The notes below the pieces were generated by a model, which was given only the letters and a program-made list of their open reading frames with translations, had not been told where the DNA came from and made no database searches. A program made the position numbers and the translations under genes. A DNA stretch of 64,000 nucleotides from sequence record LR694611, one strand, 5' to 3'. This stretch comes from Escherichia phage rV5_ev158. Shown piece by piece: positions 18,377-28,325 of the stretch (its first letter is position 1; each line of letters starts with the position of its first letter).

Positions 18377-20688
18377 TCACCAAGGTAATTAAAAGCAACG
18401 GATGTGAAGTGGCATTCGATCCAGAACGTTTAAATAAGGCAGCTATTTTCGGTGACGACGGTAACGGCAATTGGTCACATATTGCACTGGATGCATACAA
18501 ACGACTGTATGATGGATGTACAACCAAAGAAGTTAACCAAGCTATCATAGACTCCTGTGTTAGCCGTAAAGACGAAGCACATTCCCGTATGGCTGGTCGT
18601 GTTCTTATTGGTCAGATTTATAAAGAGGCTTTTGGAGGGTTTACAAAGATCCCTTCCTTACCATCATTTTACAACGACATGGTTGAGAAAGGGTATTGGG
18701 AGGATATGGGATATAGCTTTACCGAGCTAAACACTTTAGACGCTGTTATTGACCACAGTAAAGATCTCGGTTATGGCTATGCAGTCCTTAAACAGTTTCG
18801 CGACAAATACGGGATCAAGGATACTCTTAAAGACACCTTGTTTGAATCTCCCCAGATGATGTTTATGGGGATAGCAATGGCTGTCATGAAGAATATGCCG
18901 AAAGAACGTCGTATCAACGATGTTGTAAAATTATACACTTATCTGTCCGACTTAAAGATCAATGCCCCGACACCGTACTTAAACGGGCTGCGCACAGGTA
19001 AGACAGGGTATGCATCTTGTTGTGTAATAAAAGCTGACGATACAGCAAAATCTATTGGTGTGGCACGTGAAGTTGCGTACACAATGACGGTTAACCAAGC
19101 AGGTATCGGCTACTATTTATCATCAAGATCTGCAGGTGATGGTGTTCGCGGTAACACTATTAAACACATGGGTAAGATTCCATATTATCGAGGTATTGAT
19201 GCTGGTGTTAAGGAGAACAGACAACAATCACGTGGCGGTTCTGCAACAGTATCATTCCTTGCACTGGACCCGCAGATTGATGAGCTAATCCGTTTGAGAA
19301 ACCCTATGACTGTTGCTTCAAAAAGAATCAACACCATGGACTACTCCATCGGTATTAATAGGTCGTTTATCAACCGTGTGGCTAAGAATTTAGATTGGAT
19401 GCTTGTTTCTTATAAGCACGCTCCTCAACTGCATGAGGGTATCTTCACCATGTCTATGGAGGAGTTCGATGCAGAGGTTGAGCGTATTGCTAAAGATGAC
19501 AGTATTCCTAAGACATGGATCCGGGCTAGAGATCTTGCTGTTGAGCTGATCACGCAGCGTACTGAGGTGGGAAGGCTGTACGTATACTGGACAGATGAGA
19601 TGAATAGACATACACCTTTTAAAGATGTGATCTATTCAAGCAACCTGTGTGCAGAAATAGCCCTCCCGACAAAAGGCTATTCAGATATGCGTAATATCTT
19701 CAAGTACGATGTTGATGATGGTGAGGTTGCATTGTGCTTCCTGTCATCTCTTGTAGCTGGGAGGGTTACTCCAGAGGAGTATGAGGATGTTGCATACTAT
19801 ACGGTGCTTATGATTGACAATGTTATGGAAATCATGACATATCCGTATGAAAATATGGAAAGCACAGTTAAAAAACGCAGATCCATCGGGGTTGGCCTTA
19901 CCAATGTTGCACATTTTATTGCCAGCCATAAGGTTACTTACGGGTCTCCTGAAAGTAAACAGCTTGTTCACGATCTTGCAGAACTTCACAGCTACAGCTT
20001 GCATAAGGCAAGTTTACGGTTGGCAAAAGAGCGTGGTGTCTGCGAGTGGATGCATAAAACAAAATATCCAGAAGGTTGGTTACCAATCGACACCTATAAC
20101 AAAGAGGTCGATAGCGTGGTGAAAGATCCTTCTCTTAAACAGGATTGGGAAGGGTTACGTAAAGAAATCATTGAGAATGGTGGGCTACGTAATAGCGTTC
20201 TTGAAGCATATATGCCTAATGAAAGCTCTTCGCTGGCAACAAACACCACTAACGGGGTTTATCCTGTCCGTGAGCACATTATCTTTAAAAAGTCGCCACA
20301 AGGGCAGGTGCTGTTTATCGTTCCTGACTATGATGGGTTGAAAGAGTATTACACCTCGGCTTGGGACGTTGATACTAACGACATGATCGATATGTACGCC
20401 GTGATTCAAAAATTCACAGGTCAGGCAATCAGCGCGGATTTATACATAGACTACACCAAGTTGAAAGATGGTAAAATTTCAATGAAGGAGCAGTTAGGGT
20501 ACCTTATCCGTGCCACTAAATTCGGGATGAAGACATGGTATTATTTAAACTCTAGGGTTGGTGCTGGTGACTCCTTGGCAGAGGAACTTCATGCCAAGAA
20601 ACAGGCTGAAGATGAAACCAGAAAGAACTATCCTTTGATTGCAGATAGTTCAGTTGAAGATCCGTATTGCGAAAGCTGTGCACTATAA
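18373..20688 (+). CDS. nrdA: ribonucleotide reductase class I large subunit
   Basis: N-terminal ATP-cone-like VIKSNGCEVAFDPERL; SNLCAEIALPT active-site region; 771 aa; TTG start after GGAGG. Confidence 0.9.
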   Translation: MITKVIKSNGCEVAFDPERLNKAAIFGDDGNGNWSHIALDAYKRLYDGCTTKEVNQAIIDSCVSRKDEAHSRMAGRVLIGQIYKEAFGGFTKIPSLPSFYNDMVEKGYWEDMGYSFTELNTLDAVIDHSKDLGYGYAVLKQFRDKYGIKDTLKDTLFESPQMMFMGIAMAVMKNMPKERRINDVVKLYTYLSDLKINAPTPYLNGLRTGKTGYASCCVIKADDTAKSIGVAREVAYTMTVNQAGIGYYLSSRSAGDGVRGNTIKHMGKIPYYRGIDAGVKENRQQSRGGSATVSFLALDPQIDELIRLRNPMTVASKRINTMDYSIGINRSFINRVAKNLDWMLVSYKHAPQLHEGIFTMSMEEFDAEVERIAKDDSIPKTWIRARDLAVELITQRTEVGRLYVYWTDEMNRHTPFKDVIYSSNLCAEIALPTKGYSDMRNIFKYDVDDGEVALCFLSSLVAGRVTPEEYEDVAYYTVLMIDNVMEIMTYPYENMESTVKKRRSIGVGLTNVAHFIASHKVTYGSPESKQLVHDLAELHSYSLHKASLRLAKERGVCEWMHKTKYPEGWLPIDTYNKEVDSVVKDPSLKQDWEGLRKEIIENGGLRNSVLEAYMPNESSSLATNTTNGVYPVREHIIFKKSPQGQVLFIVPDYDGLKEYYTSAWDVDTNDMIDMYAVIQKFTGQAISADLYIDYTKLKDGKISMKEQLGYLIRATKFGMKTWYYLNSRVGAGDSLAEELHAKKQAEDETRKNYPLIADSSVEDPYCESCAL

Positions 20689-20726
20689 TTTTAAAGGGGC
20701 TTCGGCCCCATTTTAGAGGTAGAATA

Positions 20727-21815
20727 ATGGCTGTATTTAATGCTGAGAACACCGCTCATAAAACTGGTGACTATCCGCTGTTTCTGGGACAGCAAATGGG
20801 TATGTACGACTCTATCAACAAAAAATATCCACAACTGTTTGAACTATACAAAAAACAAAAAGAGCAAGATTGGGCAGAGGATGAAGTGGATTTGTCGCAA
20901 TCTATTTCAGATTTTGTAACATGCTCAAAGTCAACTTATGACGTGATGGTGCAGACCTTGATGTGGCAATGGGAGGCTGATAGCGTTGCGGCAAGATCGA
21001 TCATCTGCCTCTTTTCACCATTCATCACTAATAGTGAGCTTTTCACTCTATTGATGAAACAGTCAGAGATTGAAGTTCTTCACGCACTAACTTACTCAGA
21101 GATTGTTAGACAATGCCTCCCCAATGCCCGTGAGATTATAGAAGAGATTCAGGAAAACCAAAACGTTCTGAGCAGATCCGTCGTTATTGTCAAATACATG
21201 CAAGAGCTTGAGGTTATTGGTGCAAAATACCGCCTGGATCCTTCTAGTGTTGAAGAAGATATTGTGCGGAAATGCATTCTTAGAGCGCTTTTTGCGCTTT
21301 TAGCTCTGGAAAGTATTGAGTTTATTGCAAGTTTTGCATGCACTTTCGCAGTAGCTGAACAGGGTATCTTTGTTCAGGTGGCGCAGCTTGTTCAAAAAAT
21401 CATGCTTGACGAAATGCTACATTCGAAAGGTGATTTTGCCATCATTGATATCTTGCTTAATGATCCCGCATGGGAGAAAAGCTTCCTTGAGATAAAGGGG
21501 GAGTTAAAAGAGATTCTTGATGAAGTACGAACCAAAGAGTACGGTTGGAGTGACTATATTTTCAGCGAAGGAAGAGCGATTATAGGTCTTAACTCACCGT
21601 TGCTTAAAGAGTGGGTTGACTATAACTGCTCACCGATTTATGATTACTACGACATCGACAAAGACTTTGTGCCGCCAACAAAGGACCCGCTACCGTTTAT
21701 GCAGGTGTGGATGAAACCTTCATTGCAACAGACGGCGAACCAAGAAATGTCGAACACTGACTACCGCGTCAACACAACTGTTAACGACGCTGAAGAAGAA
21801 ATTTGGGAGTTTTAA
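20727..21815 (+). CDS. nrdB: ribonucleotide reductase class I small subunit
   Basis: follows nrdA; R2-like length and helical E/H-rich core; start set at ATG after GAGGTAG. Confidence 0.8.
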   Translation: MAVFNAENTAHKTGDYPLFLGQQMGMYDSINKKYPQLFELYKKQKEQDWAEDEVDLSQSISDFVTCSKSTYDVMVQTLMWQWEADSVAARSIICLFSPFITNSELFTLLMKQSEIEVLHALTYSEIVRQCLPNAREIIEEIQENQNVLSRSVVIVKYMQELEVIGAKYRLDPSSVEEDIVRKCILRALFALLALESIEFIASFACTFAVAEQGIFVQVAQLVQKIMLDEMLHSKGDFAIIDILLNDPAWEKSFLEIKGELKEILDEVRTKEYGWSDYIFSEGRAIIGLNSPLLKEWVDYNCSPIYDYYDIDKDFVPPTKDPLPFMQVWMKPSLQQTANQEMSNTDYRVNTTVNDAEEEIWEF

Positions 21816-21818
21816 TAT

Positions 21819-22097
21819 ATGAGCTGCGAAAAATCTTTTTTCATCATCATTTACGGTAAGGATAACTGCCCACATTGTGTCAGAGCAAAAGAATTTGCAA
21901 TCAGCAAAGGTCTGCCTTTTGTATATAAGACACTTGGCGAGGGCTACACAAAAGAAGAGCTTATTGAGAAGTGTAGTCCAATCGTCCCCCGAACGTTGCC
22001 GCAGATCTTCTTAGAAAGCGATCTTGACAGTATCCATATAGGCGGTGCCGACGATTTCATCTCTTTTGTTAAGAATGGTTTTGGAGAGAAAAAGTGA
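21819..22097 (+). CDS. glutaredoxin/NrdH-like redoxin
   Basis: CPHC active-site motif in IIYGKDNCPHCVRAKEF. Confidence 0.75.
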   Translation: MSCEKSFFIIIYGKDNCPHCVRAKEFAISKGLPFVYKTLGEGYTKEELIEKCSPIVPRTLPQIFLESDLDSIHIGGADDFISFVKNGFGEKK

Positions 22098-24217
22098 AAG
22101 TTGTAAAACGGGACGGTAGAGAAGAGTTCTATAACGGAATTAAGGTGATCAAGGCGGCAGAGTCCGCCTTACTTGAGTCTGGACATACTGAAGAAGAAGC
22201 TTACCGGATCGCCTGCGCGGTTAATGAAGTTGTTGCTAACAATCTACCAACCGACCAGTGCACAATCTCTGTAAAAAATATCCATATCCTTGTTGAAGAT
22301 GCTCTTATGGATATGGGTTTAAAATGTGCAGCCAGAGAATACATCCAGTATAGACAGACAAGAGATAATAACAGAGAGGCAGGTGGAAAACTGCTTGCAG
22401 ATATTAGTGGCTTCTTGGATCGAACTTGTGATGAATTTACAAAAGAAAACGCAAATAAGCCTACTAATCATGTACACACTCATCGCGACCTGCTTGCAGG
22501 TATTCTTAGCAAACACCTTGCATCAACACAGATCCTGCCAGACCGTGTCTCCGAAGAGCACAATAAAGGCTTCATCCATGTGCATGATCTTGACTACTTG
22601 ATCAGTCCGTTAACAAACTGTTGTTTGGTAAATTATCCAGATATGTTGGAAAACGGATTCAACATTGGTAACGCCCATGTCAGTAAGCCGAAGTCAATAG
22701 GGGTTGCAACAACAATCCTTAGCCAAATTTCTAGTGCGGTAGCTAGTGCTCAATATGGTGGTCAGACTATGAGCCATATTGATCATTATCTGGCACAGTA
22801 TGCTGAAGCAACCTATGAGAAGAACCTTAAATTTTGCCAGGAACATTGGTTGCCAAATGCTGAGAGTGTTGCAATGCAAATGACAGATAAAGACGTATTT
22901 GACAGCATGCAGACTTTGCTCTATCAAATCAATACGTTAACTTCTGTCAACGGGCAAACTCCATTCATCACATTGAGTTTAGGACTGGATACCTCGGTCT
23001 TTGGTAGAATGATTACCAAAAACTACCTGAAAGTCCACAAAATGGGTCTTGGTGAAGAACGTATTACACCTGTGTTCCCTAAAGTGCTGTTCTTCCTAGA
23101 AGAGGGTGTCAACATGAACCCTGGGGATCCTAACTATGATTTGAAACGATTAGCTCTGGAATGCTGTGCAGAACGTATCTACCCTGACTTCGTATCTGTA
23201 CCACTAAATAGAAAAGTGACAGGCTCGACAGATGGCAAAGTAACTAGCATGGGTTGCAGGAGTTTTCTTAGCAAATACAATGACTTGGAAACAGGCGAGG
23301 AGAAATACCTTGGCAGATTTAACTTAGGCGTTGTTAGCCTTAACCTGCCAATGATTGCGGCAAAAGCCAAGACGGAAGGTGTTGATTTCTTTGCAGTTCT
23401 TGACGAATACTTGGATCTTGCATACGAGGCTCACCTTGTAAGGGTTAATCGTCTAAAAGGAACAAAGGCAGGGCAGAACCCCATCATGTGGTGTGAAGGC
23501 GCTCTTGCTCGCCTGGATCCTGAAGAGAGTATTGATAAACTCTTCTATGACGGGTACGCTTCCATCAGTATTGGGTATATCGGTGTGTATGAAACCTGTC
23601 AGATTTTGGGCAGAGAGGGTGACAAGGCTTTAGCTCTTGGAATCCTTCAGCACATGAGAGATGCTTGTGAGCGATACAAGAAGGAAAGTAGACTAGCATT
23701 TAGCTTGTACGGCACTCCTTCTGAGAGTCTATGCTATAAAGCTGCAACCTGTCTGGATCGTGAATATCCGGAAGTGTTGAAGCACGAGCATGAATATCTC
23801 ACCAACAGTTTCCATCAGCCAGTATGGATAAATAGCTCTCCTTTTGATAAGTGGGAGTATGAGGAAGGTTTTGCTATGATCTCCTCTGGTGGCAACATCG
23901 GATACGTAGAAACACCTAACCTGAAAAACAACCTGGATGCTTTAGAGGCTCTTGTTGACTTCGGGTATAAACACATTATGTATTTTGGTATTAACCAACC
24001 TGTGGATAAATGTCTCAAGTGTGGTTTCTCTGGTGAGTTCAGTGCAACAGCTAAAGGCTTTGTATGCCCAGAGTGTGGAAACCATGAAGAGGGAACGATC
24101 AGTGTAATTCGACGTGTGTCTGGATACCTTTCCAGTCCTAACTCCCGTCCTTACAATAAAGGTAAGCAAGCGGAAGTTATCGAGCGAGTTAAGCACTACG
24201 GAAGTTGTGGTTGCTGA
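22094..24217 (+). CDS. nrdD: anaerobic ribonucleotide reductase (class III)
   Basis: C-terminal glycyl-radical motif RRVSGYLS and zinc ribbon CLKCG...CPECG; 707 aa. Confidence 0.9.
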   Translation: MKVVKRDGREEFYNGIKVIKAAESALLESGHTEEEAYRIACAVNEVVANNLPTDQCTISVKNIHILVEDALMDMGLKCAAREYIQYRQTRDNNREAGGKLLADISGFLDRTCDEFTKENANKPTNHVHTHRDLLAGILSKHLASTQILPDRVSEEHNKGFIHVHDLDYLISPLTNCCLVNYPDMLENGFNIGNAHVSKPKSIGVATTILSQISSAVASAQYGGQTMSHIDHYLAQYAEATYEKNLKFCQEHWLPNAESVAMQMTDKDVFDSMQTLLYQINTLTSVNGQTPFITLSLGLDTSVFGRMITKNYLKVHKMGLGEERITPVFPKVLFFLEEGVNMNPGDPNYDLKRLALECCAERIYPDFVSVPLNRKVTGSTDGKVTSMGCRSFLSKYNDLETGEEKYLGRFNLGVVSLNLPMIAAKAKTEGVDFFAVLDEYLDLAYEAHLVRVNRLKGTKAGQNPIMWCEGALARLDPEESIDKLFYDGYASISIGYIGVYETCQILGREGDKALALGILQHMRDACERYKKESRLAFSLYGTPSESLCYKAATCLDREYPEVLKHEHEYLTNSFHQPVWINSSPFDKWEYEEGFAMISSGGNIGYVETPNLKNNLDALEALVDFGYKHIMYFGINQPVDKCLKCGFSGEFSATAKGFVCPECGNHEEGTISVIRRVSGYLSSPNSRPYNKGKQAEVIERVKHYGSCGC

Positions 24218-24280
24218 TTCTTGACAAAAGCCACAAGGATGTGGCATATTATTGACACACAGTGAGCTAGGAGGTGCAGT

Positions 24281-24397
24281 ATGTCATCAGGTATTTATAA
24301 AATTTGCAAGTGCGGCTGTAGTTGTAATCTTCGTTGGTGCAAGGCACTAGACGATTTTATTTGGCATTGCCCTAAATGTGATGCGGAGTATCTATGA
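24281..24397 (+). CDS. small Cys-rich protein (38 aa), possible zinc ribbon
   Basis: MSSGIYKICKCGCSCNLRWCKALDDFIWHCPKCDAEYL; strong RBS AGGAGGTG; stop overlaps nrdG ATG; below ORF-track size cutoff. Confidence 0.45.
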   Translation: MSSGIYKICKCGCSCNLRWCKALDDFIWHCPKCDAEYL

Positions 24398-24867
24398 ACA
24401 TTGCTGGATACACAGAAATATCTTACACCGAAGGACCAGGTATTAGAACTGCCTTGTGGGTATCTGGGTGCCCACACGCTTGCCATGGTTGCTTTAATCA
24501 GGCATTTTGGTCAAAAGATAAGGGGAGGAAGTTCACTGAAGAAGACTTGCAAAAAATCTTGTCAGATTTAGATAACCCGTCTGTGTGCGGTATCTCTCTA
24601 CTGGGTGGAGAACCCTTAGCATACTATAATGAGCCAGATATTATTAGCCTGATGGAGAAAATTAAGGAAAAATTTGGTGACAAGAAAACTATTCTTGTAT
24701 ATACTGGGTTCACATTTGACCATATCTCTAGTGATGTTCTTAAACTGGCTGATATCATCATTGACGGTAAGTATGTAAAAGATTTACCAACCAAGAAACC
24801 GTTCCGAGGCAGTGATAACCAAAGAATGTTTAAAAAAGTATCAGGCGGTTGGGTTCAGGTAGACTAG
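24394..24867 (+). CDS. nrdG: anaerobic ribonucleotide reductase activating protein (radical SAM)
   Basis: CPHACHGC CxxxCxxC cluster; follows nrdD. Confidence 0.85.
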   Translation: MNIAGYTEISYTEGPGIRTALWVSGCPHACHGCFNQAFWSKDKGRKFTEEDLQKILSDLDNPSVCGISLLGGEPLAYYNEPDIISLMEKIKEKFGDKKTILVYTGFTFDHISSDVLKLADIIIDGKYVKDLPTKKPFRGSDNQRMFKKVSGGWVQVD

Positions 24868-24870
24868 TTG

Positions 24871-24900
24871 TTGACAAAGCTTTGTTGAGTTGGTTATAAT
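24871..24900 (+). promoter_or_regulatory. sigma70-type promoter TTGACA-N17/18-TATAAT
   Basis: read from sequence just after the nrdG stop. Confidence 0.6.
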
Positions 24901-24929
24901 TGCCGTAATGAAAGCAGAGGAGGTGCCAA

Positions 24930-25043
24930 ATGGCTAAAAAAGCCTTGAAGAAGGCGTACAAGAAAGAGATTGCGCTTGAGCTTAAGAAAAAACACAAGCG
25001 TGAAAAGAAACATCATGAAGATGAAGAGGGGGTGCAACAGTGA
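24930..25043 (+). CDS. small highly basic peptide (37 aa)
   Basis: MAKKALKKAYKKEIALELKKKHKREKKHHEDEEGVQQ; RBS AGGAGGTG; stop overlaps GTG start of next gene. Confidence 0.45.
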   Translation: MAKKALKKAYKKEIALELKKKHKREKKHHEDEEGVQQ

Positions 25044-25390
25044 CACAAGAACGTATCGATTTGGCTAATAAGTTTGTAGATCTCATTTTGCCACGGTTAG
25101 TTACTCAACATGCAGATGCTATTTCTACTAATCTTGATGGCTTACGCCTAATGCTGAATCGCACAGATGACCCTCGTATTCGGGCTGATTTAGAAGCCTC
25201 TGCCAACAAACTGGAAAAGTTCTTGCAAGTAGACACGCAAGAAGCCTTGCACAAGATTATGGTGGAAGGTTTCTCTAAAGAATTTACCATTAAAGAGCTT
25301 AAGGAGCTGATCCACCAAGAAGAGATGAATATCCGAGTTCAGGCTGTTGCAAGCAGCATGGAAGCGGCTATTGAAAAACTGTTGCAGTAA
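25040..25390 (+). CDS. hypothetical protein
   Basis: GTG start coupled to upstream small ORF. Confidence 0.5.
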   Translation: MTQERIDLANKFVDLILPRLVTQHADAISTNLDGLRLMLNRTDDPRIRADLEASANKLEKFLQVDTQEALHKIMVEGFSKEFTIKELKELIHQEEMNIRVQAVASSMEAAIEKLLQ

Positions 25391-25428
25391 AAGTACTTGG
25401 CACATCTCAATCTGAAAGGAGTCCCAAC

Positions 25429-26217
25429 ATGGGTCGAGCTAAAGAAACAAAACGCATGCGTGATGAAGCTAGAGAGGCTCGCAAATCTGATCGCCTGCGT
25501 AAGGCTGCTGAGAAATTTGCTGACGAAAGAGAGCACACCGCTCCAGCTCTCCGACCAATGAATAAGAAGCAGCAAAAGTATCTTGATTATCTAGGGTCAC
25601 GTAAGATTATTATTGTAAACGGTGTGTTTGGATCCGGTAAGACATTTATGGCATCTGCATATGCAGGTGATCTTCTGCGTAAGAACGAGATTGATAAGAT
25701 CATTGTTGCACGTCCTTACGTCCAGACAGGAAAGACTTCAGGATTTAAACCCGGAAATGCAATGCAGAAACTGTGGCCCTATCTTCGAAGCATGATGGAC
25801 ACGATTTGTCGTCGTGTTGGCAAAGGTGCTTTTGCCGCAATGCTGGGAGACGGTCAGAACAGTCGTATCGAGATTTGTGAAGTTGAAAGCATTCGTGGTC
25901 GTAGTTTCGATGAGCGATGCTTTGTCCTGATTGACGAGGCACAGCAAACTAACCCTGAAGAAATGTTGTCAATTATCACAAGGATCTCTGATCAAGCCAC
26001 CCTTGTAATTATGGGTGATAATAGCCAACGTGACATCCCTGGTAAATCTGGCCTTGCATGGGTGACGGATTTCTTTACTCGTCATCCAGATCCTGAGGTT
26101 GGAATGATCAGCTTTGATAGTCCAGACGATGTCGTTCGTTCCGGGTTGGGTCGTCAAATCGCACTCAATCTTATTGAGGATCGTGCAAATCATATTTGGA
26201 CCCCTGTTTCCGAGTAA
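25429..26217 (+). CDS. phoH: PhoH-like ATPase
   Basis: Walker A GVFGSGKTFMA and PhoH-like length. Confidence 0.85.
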   Translation: MGRAKETKRMRDEAREARKSDRLRKAAEKFADEREHTAPALRPMNKKQQKYLDYLGSRKIIIVNGVFGSGKTFMASAYAGDLLRKNEIDKIIVARPYVQTGKTSGFKPGNAMQKLWPYLRSMMDTICRRVGKGAFAAMLGDGQNSRIEICEVESIRGRSFDERCFVLIDEAQQTNPEEMLSIITRISDQATLVIMGDNSQRDIPGKSGLAWVTDFFTRHPDPEVGMISFDSPDDVVRSGLGRQIALNLIEDRANHIWTPVSE

Positions 26218-26261
26218 TACAGAAGGGTGGTTATTCCACCCTTAAATATCTAAAACAGTTG

Positions 26262-26290
26262 TTGACAAATAGGCAAGCTTTAGATATTAT
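26262..26290 (+). promoter_or_regulatory. sigma70-type promoter TTGACA-N17-TATTAT
   Basis: read from sequence after the PhoH stop. Confidence 0.6.
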
Positions 26291-26318
26291 TATCGGACAA
26301 AACAAAGAGAAGGACAGT

Positions 26319-26630
26319 ATGGCTACAATACAAGAGAAACTGAATAAAATATACTGCCTATTTGTCTATAACGGTGAGACAATTTTGGCAAATAAAGGAT
26401 CCAAGAATGTGTGGACCAAGGACAGCGGTGGTAATATAATCAACTTAGCGTTGCTACGTGAGCGCCGACACAGATTCTTTATCGAGTCTCGAATTATTGA
26501 AAGCAGCACTTGCTACAGAACAGGCGATAAAGTAATTGTTGACAATGATACGTGGTATGTGGTAGATTGGCAATCATTGAGTTGTGATGCTTCTGACAAT
26601 CGTAAGTACTCCATAGTGATTGCTAAATAA
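26319..26630 (+). CDS. hypothetical protein
   Basis: start moved to ATG after AGAAGGA RBS, downstream of promoter; in frame with ORF 26196..26630. Confidence 0.5.
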   Translation: MATIQEKLNKIYCLFVYNGETILANKGSKNVWTKDSGGNIINLALLRERRHRFFIESRIIESSTCYRTGDKVIVDNDTWYVVDWQSLSCDASDNRKYSIVIAK

Positions 26631-26690
26631 AGGTAAATGTGAATCAGGTTTAAATAAATAGCTTTCAACTTCCAATATTAAGGATTTCTC

Positions 26691-27740
26691 ATGAATTTAA
26701 CACCTCGCAGCACCATGGTACACGGCATGAAAGAGAAACAGAACGGTTTCGAACCTATGAGTAATAAAATGTTTGGTATGCCGGGCGGTATCATGGAAAC
26801 ATACAGCTACCCAACACCTGTTGTTGACCACGTTCTTTATATCGACGATTTGGAAGACCTGCAGGATCATATGTCTCGCCTGCAGACGATCCGTATGGCT
26901 CAGCCTGAAGAAAGCATTCGAGTGATCATTAACAGCCCTGGTGGTTGCGTGCACATTGCGATGGCTTATCTGCAGGCATTCCGCGAGTCTCAGGCAAGCG
27001 TTGTTGCACATGCGGAAGGGATGTGCTGCTCTGCGGGAACAATCTTATGGCTGGGTTGCAAAGAACGTACTGTGGCTCCGGACACAGAGTTTATGTTCCA
27101 CTACTATCAAGGTGGCACTTATGGTAACGGTGTGAACATGAATACTCAGGTCAGCTACTGGAAAAAACGTTTTGAACGCCTGATCGAAAAATACTACGGT
27201 GGGGTGCTGACAGAAGATGAGATCGCATCCATCACAGCTGGTGGCGAAGTGTGGTTGGACGGAGAAGAGCTGGCAGCACGCACTGGAGCTATTATTCTGG
27301 ATGAAGGCAACATACAACGCATCCAGAACGGACAAAAACCGAAAAAGCTTCTGGCAAAAGGTGATGAAGAAGGCGTGTTAGGTGAAGCAGGTCTTCCGGA
27401 GATTCACCAGTGCACATCTTTAGATGAGTTAGTTCATGCTGTTGAATCTGCAAAAGCGGGTGGTTCGAAAGGTGATGTTCACACTGTGTTCCTGAATCTG
27501 CAGATGGAAAGTGGCGAGACCGTCAGAATTGCCCTGAGTGAGATTACTTCAGAAGATCTGCAGCGATTCTCTGTCGTTGAACTTCAAGACATTCTGTCCC
27601 AATTGAAGACAACCCTGAACGGCGGTGAAGAGGTTAAGGTAAAAGATAAGACTCGCAAGCGTCTGGTGGACAATATTATTAAAACAGCAAAAGAGCTCAA
27701 TGAAAAAATCCTGGGTGCAGGAATTGTCGAAGAAGCTTAA
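26691..27740 (+). CDS. ClpP-like serine protease with C-terminal extension
   Basis: INSPGG and GMCCSAGTILWLG...MFH motifs resemble the ClpP/S14 fold; ~150 extra C-terminal residues. Confidence 0.7.
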   Translation: MNLTPRSTMVHGMKEKQNGFEPMSNKMFGMPGGIMETYSYPTPVVDHVLYIDDLEDLQDHMSRLQTIRMAQPEESIRVIINSPGGCVHIAMAYLQAFRESQASVVAHAEGMCCSAGTILWLGCKERTVAPDTEFMFHYYQGGTYGNGVNMNTQVSYWKKRFERLIEKYYGGVLTEDEIASITAGGEVWLDGEELAARTGAIILDEGNIQRIQNGQKPKKLLAKGDEEGVLGEAGLPEIHQCTSLDELVHAVESAKAGGSKGDVHTVFLNLQMESGETVRIALSEITSEDLQRFSVVELQDILSQLKTTLNGGEEVKVKDKTRKRLVDNIIKTAKELNEKILGAGIVEEA

Positions 27741-27752
27741 ACATTAATTCTA

Positions 27753-27776
27753 AAGCCCTCTTCGGAGGGCTTTTAT
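27753..27776 (+). terminator. intrinsic terminator AGCCCTC-TTCG-GAGGGCT plus TTTAT
   Basis: 7-bp stem after the ClpP-like gene. Confidence 0.55.
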
Positions 27777-27791
27777 GATCTGGAGATTTGC

Positions 27792-28325
27792 ATGACTTGT
27801 GCTAGAAAACCTGATGAACAACGTAACGCCTACGATGAGTATGTGACACCGGAGTGGTGTGCAGAAGGGCTGTATGACCTTATTCCGTTCCCAGAAGACT
27901 GGACCTACTTAGAGCCTTGCAGGAATAGTGCCTCAGGTGTGTTCTACTCACGTATGCCGTTAGGATCTGCATGGGGAGAAATCCAAGAAGGTGTTGACTA
28001 TCTGAATACAGAATACAACCATGTTGACTGTATTATCACCAACCCACCATACAGCCTGGCTCGTGAGTTTGTAGACAAGGCGTTGAAAGATGCTGACGTA
28101 GTTATTATGCTTTTGCGTCTTAATTTTCTGGAAAGCAAAGCCAGATTTGAATGGTGGCTTGATAATGCACCTACTACTGTGATCACAATATCTAAGCGTC
28201 CATCATTTCAATCAAATGGCAGAACTGACGGGCAAGCATATGCATATTTTGTGTGGGATAAGAAAAACCGTTTAGACTTGCCGCCGTTTATGTGGTTGGC
28301 ACCCCCAGAGGTAGACCTGAAATGA
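27792..28325 (+). CDS. phage Dam-like DNA N6-adenine methyltransferase (small)
   Basis: DEYVTPEW, LEPCRNSASG and ITNPPYS motifs. Confidence 0.65.
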   Translation: MTCARKPDEQRNAYDEYVTPEWCAEGLYDLIPFPEDWTYLEPCRNSASGVFYSRMPLGSAWGEIQEGVDYLNTEYNHVDCIITNPPYSLAREFVDKALKDADVVIMLLRLNFLESKARFEWWLDNAPTTVITISKRPSFQSNGRTDGQAYAYFVWDKKNRLDLPPFMWLAPPEVDLK

